Shown piece after piece: positions 63,001 to 64,000 of a DNA stretch of 64,000 bases. Source of the DNA: Verrucomicrobiota bacterium (GTDB lineage: Bacteria; Verrucomicrobiota; Verrucomicrobiia; Limisphaerales; AAA164-E04); the NCBI GenBank assembly GCA_047947115.1, contig CP170459.1, forward strand, positions 3,360,001-3,424,000, written 5' to 3'. The notes beneath the pieces were generated by a model. It was not told where the DNA came from. It saw only the letters and a list, made by a program, of their open reading frames with translations, and did no database searches. Position 1 is the stretch's first letter. Each line of letters begins with the position of its first letter. The position numbers were made by a program, and so were the translations under genes.

Positions 63001-63595
63001 TGTCCATGAGTTTTGGATTCGACGGGTCGCTGACATCCAAACGACGTATGGCTGATTGTGATTCGAAATCACCTTCGCCTATGAGAAGGTGATCATTTTG
63101 AAAATCAAGGGAAGTGATTTCGGAACCTAAAGGATAGTTTGCCAGTTCTGAAGGCTCCTCTGGAGACTCCAGGTTTAAAATATGCAGTTGTCCGCGATGA
63201 TTACCTGTTTCTTGGAAATGACTGCCCCTGTGGCGGGACGTTGCCACATAGAGTTCATCGTCATAAACCCGGACTAATTTTACATGCTTCCCCTGGAAGA
63301 GATGTCCCACCCATTGAGGTGCGGTAGAGTCTTCGATATCGATTACTAGCAGTCCTCCATCACCGATTGCCAAATAGGCAAAATGTCCTTGAATGGCGAC
63401 TTCGAGGACCGGACTGTGCGGCTGATCCGGCCAATTTGCGACTCTACGAAAACGCGGGGACGGGGAATCCGGTTCCTCCGCAAACATCGGGGTGGTGTTG
63501 GCCATGCAAAACATGGAAGTGGTGATGATCGGTAATGCTTTTCCCAAATAGGAAAATAACCGAACTCCGGCATGATAACGGGATATGAGTTTCAT
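60068..63595 (-). CDS. Secreted LVIVD-repeat (beta-propeller) protein with an Ig-like domain and a C-terminal beta module, paralog 1 (intact)
   Basis: Signal-like N-terminus; many AY(V/L)A..G.GL.(V/I)(I/L)D(I/V)S.P..P repeats; Ig-like segment PLSYMWYLG...YWVRVTD. Confidence 0.88.
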   Translation of the reverse strand: MKLISRYHAGVRLFSYLGKALPIITTSMFCMANTTPMFAEEPDSPSPRFRRVANWPDQPHSPVLEVAIQGHFAYLAIGDGGLLVIDIEDSTAPQWVGHLFQGKHVKLVRVYDDELYVATSRHRGSHFQETGNHRGQLHILNLESPEEPSELANYPLGSEITSLDFQNDHLLIGEGDFESQSAIRRLDVSDPSNPKLMDIIQLKFGREEIPVPSAVKAVGDQFFVSGGSSILMSDWENTQFLNVVGRAYDQGVMRGWQVGGQYVYTTRRNFSRVDFQQINLVDTFLVFDTSDSPDPSRVASLDFSSLPVDGSSNGVFGLDGGYEGLRIQNGYAYVCTGIQGLSVIDIRNPVQPVLVGQIDTSGNAIQLEIKNGLAYVADFHGGLQIIDISDPTQLRIVGQFETGLTPRQFLRDGDLGILYSADERRHRTLIEFLDLTVPASPTKIGEYRSSYSIDALEYSNDLLFIIGKDNNIFKLETLDASSPASIQSLSRITLPLEFRTSPVPNMIYHSDRKHLYVTGMVAEQNSSRFRGFLNKINLSNPANPQIIEQFITEGIAVTEGLLIDGSHLYQNSFVYGGKDQLESFSIEVPLEASSSGKATLPDNDWKNKARRVGGLHVTKGMAYVGEGQHGFSVVDVNDPMNPVFRSDHAAQGEVMDLEIYGNYLLTAEGEYGVNLYDISNPDAPFHLDHITTYGPATNVDVSGSHVYVLEQGFGLGVYSFVKKGVVMIHQPESRSLALGDQTTLQVKAYATNPLSYMWYLGESGDTSRPLTNETRPTISTHPITEQQRYWVRVTDGVSTFNSDTCVLTPIPTTKVELIGRWPEDPNAFARSGFSTDVAVSGHHIYLADGFDGLRILNASDLTAPRMVGHYSSNIHQVAIERNRLHVNGRGYETLNIDNPTQPIQEVLVTESEEVMLPFGNFVFMGGGNGWNTLDQGNPMRAGGIFPSNVLSQNETWSIKGIAASGSYAAASQGWGGVQILDITSPTSPNLVTSYYPNASVQDLAWKNSWIIAAHGDLFPGLELIDVSDPANPKPSASMNEPHAHKVAFMESSYAAVTGKGLSVFDYGDPSRLIKVSSDGSDFDTYGLEIHGDLAYVAAGKDGLLIYRITPELKLNPPSVETDGVHLSWLGAPGIWLQQSATMPVPNWTDVPDTEGASEILIPFAQASHWYQLIKR

Positions 63596-63871
63596 ACGCT
63601 AATAATCAGTTTTATGGATGAACACCATTACCCCCTCTCGGTAATAATCGCTTAATAATACCAGTTGTTCGGTTTGTCGATTCAAATCCAAAGTAGTGGC
63701 AGTTCCAACTATTCGAGCACATAACGAAAAAGTGGCATCGAAGTATTCTATTGGTTTGATTGAAGATAAATCATCAATGCATTCGGAAAATGAAGCATGG
63801 AATATACGTGGTTTTCACATGAATGCTGCTGTTCATTGTCGCTTTGGAATGGAATCAACATCCGCATCAGT

Positions 63872-64000
63872 TCAGACCTTGATGGCATTCAATTCGCCTG
63901 TGCTGTCTGCAAAACGATCCATTTTTAATCCCATCGAGCGTGCCTGGGTCAACCAGAGGTTTGCCAGAGGGGTTCCTTCGGGCATGTTGACGTGCTGACC
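63872..64000 (-). CDS. 3' end of a DUF1552 (HXXSHH) family protein, truncated by the window edge
   Basis: My translation of the minus strand: GQHVNMPEGTPLANLWLTQARSMGLKMDRFADSTGELNAIKV*, matching the PLANL...FxDSTG C-terminal motif of the family. Confidence 0.7.
   Translation of the reverse strand, partial: GQHVNMPEGTPLANLWLTQARSMGLKMDRFADSTGELNAIKV

Noticed and set aside
63696..63998. 100-aa plus-strand ORF at the right edge
   Set aside because: It overlaps antisense to the recognisable DUF1552 C-terminus and has no motif of its own.
1..64000. CRISPR array, tRNA/rRNA, IS element, integrase or defence system
   Set aside because: No regularly spaced repeats, cloverleaf or rRNA-like segments, or recombinase/nuclease motifs were recognised by eye; a tRNAscan, Infernal or DefenseFinder run would be needed to exclude them.

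Overview
Bacterial chromosomal window, most likely from a Verrucomicrobia/PVC organism. This is inferred from three DUF1559/H-X9-DG prepilin-like genes, PQQ-type propeller, sulfatase and DUF1080 genes, a CotH/lamin-tail protein and a DUF1552 fragment. Positions 1-47.9 kb hold mostly core and carbohydrate-related genes: the rimK/rimB-like/aspartoacylase cluster, hpnD, a sigma-54 two-component pair, yicC-gmk-coaC, araB, ftsH-rpe, purB, nadC-birA-coaX, an ABC-F ATPase, an IorAB-like molybdoenzyme and a cupredoxin/propeller/Nramp-like/DUF1080 cluster. Positions 47.9-51.1 kb form a small accessory locus with AT-rich spacers. It encodes a phage/plasmid-type HTH protein carrying a palindrome in its own CDS, and a three-gene unit whose first product has 8 cysteines in exactly mirror-symmetric spacing (33-33-7-16-7-33-33). 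That pattern predicts a disulfide-laddered hendecad helical hairpin with a hydrophobic tip and is the most novel-looking item in the window. Positions 51.1-63.6 kb are a minus-strand array of three paralogous secreted LVIVD-repeat proteins, a prepilin-like gene and an FGE-fold gene. The array is decaying: one LVIVD copy is intact, one has an in-frame TGA, one has two frameshifts (one caused by a 13-bp tandem expansion), and the prepilin gene has an in-frame TGA. No rRNA, tRNA, CRISPR array, integrase or transposase was recognised. Family calls come from motif recognition by eye; no database searches were run.
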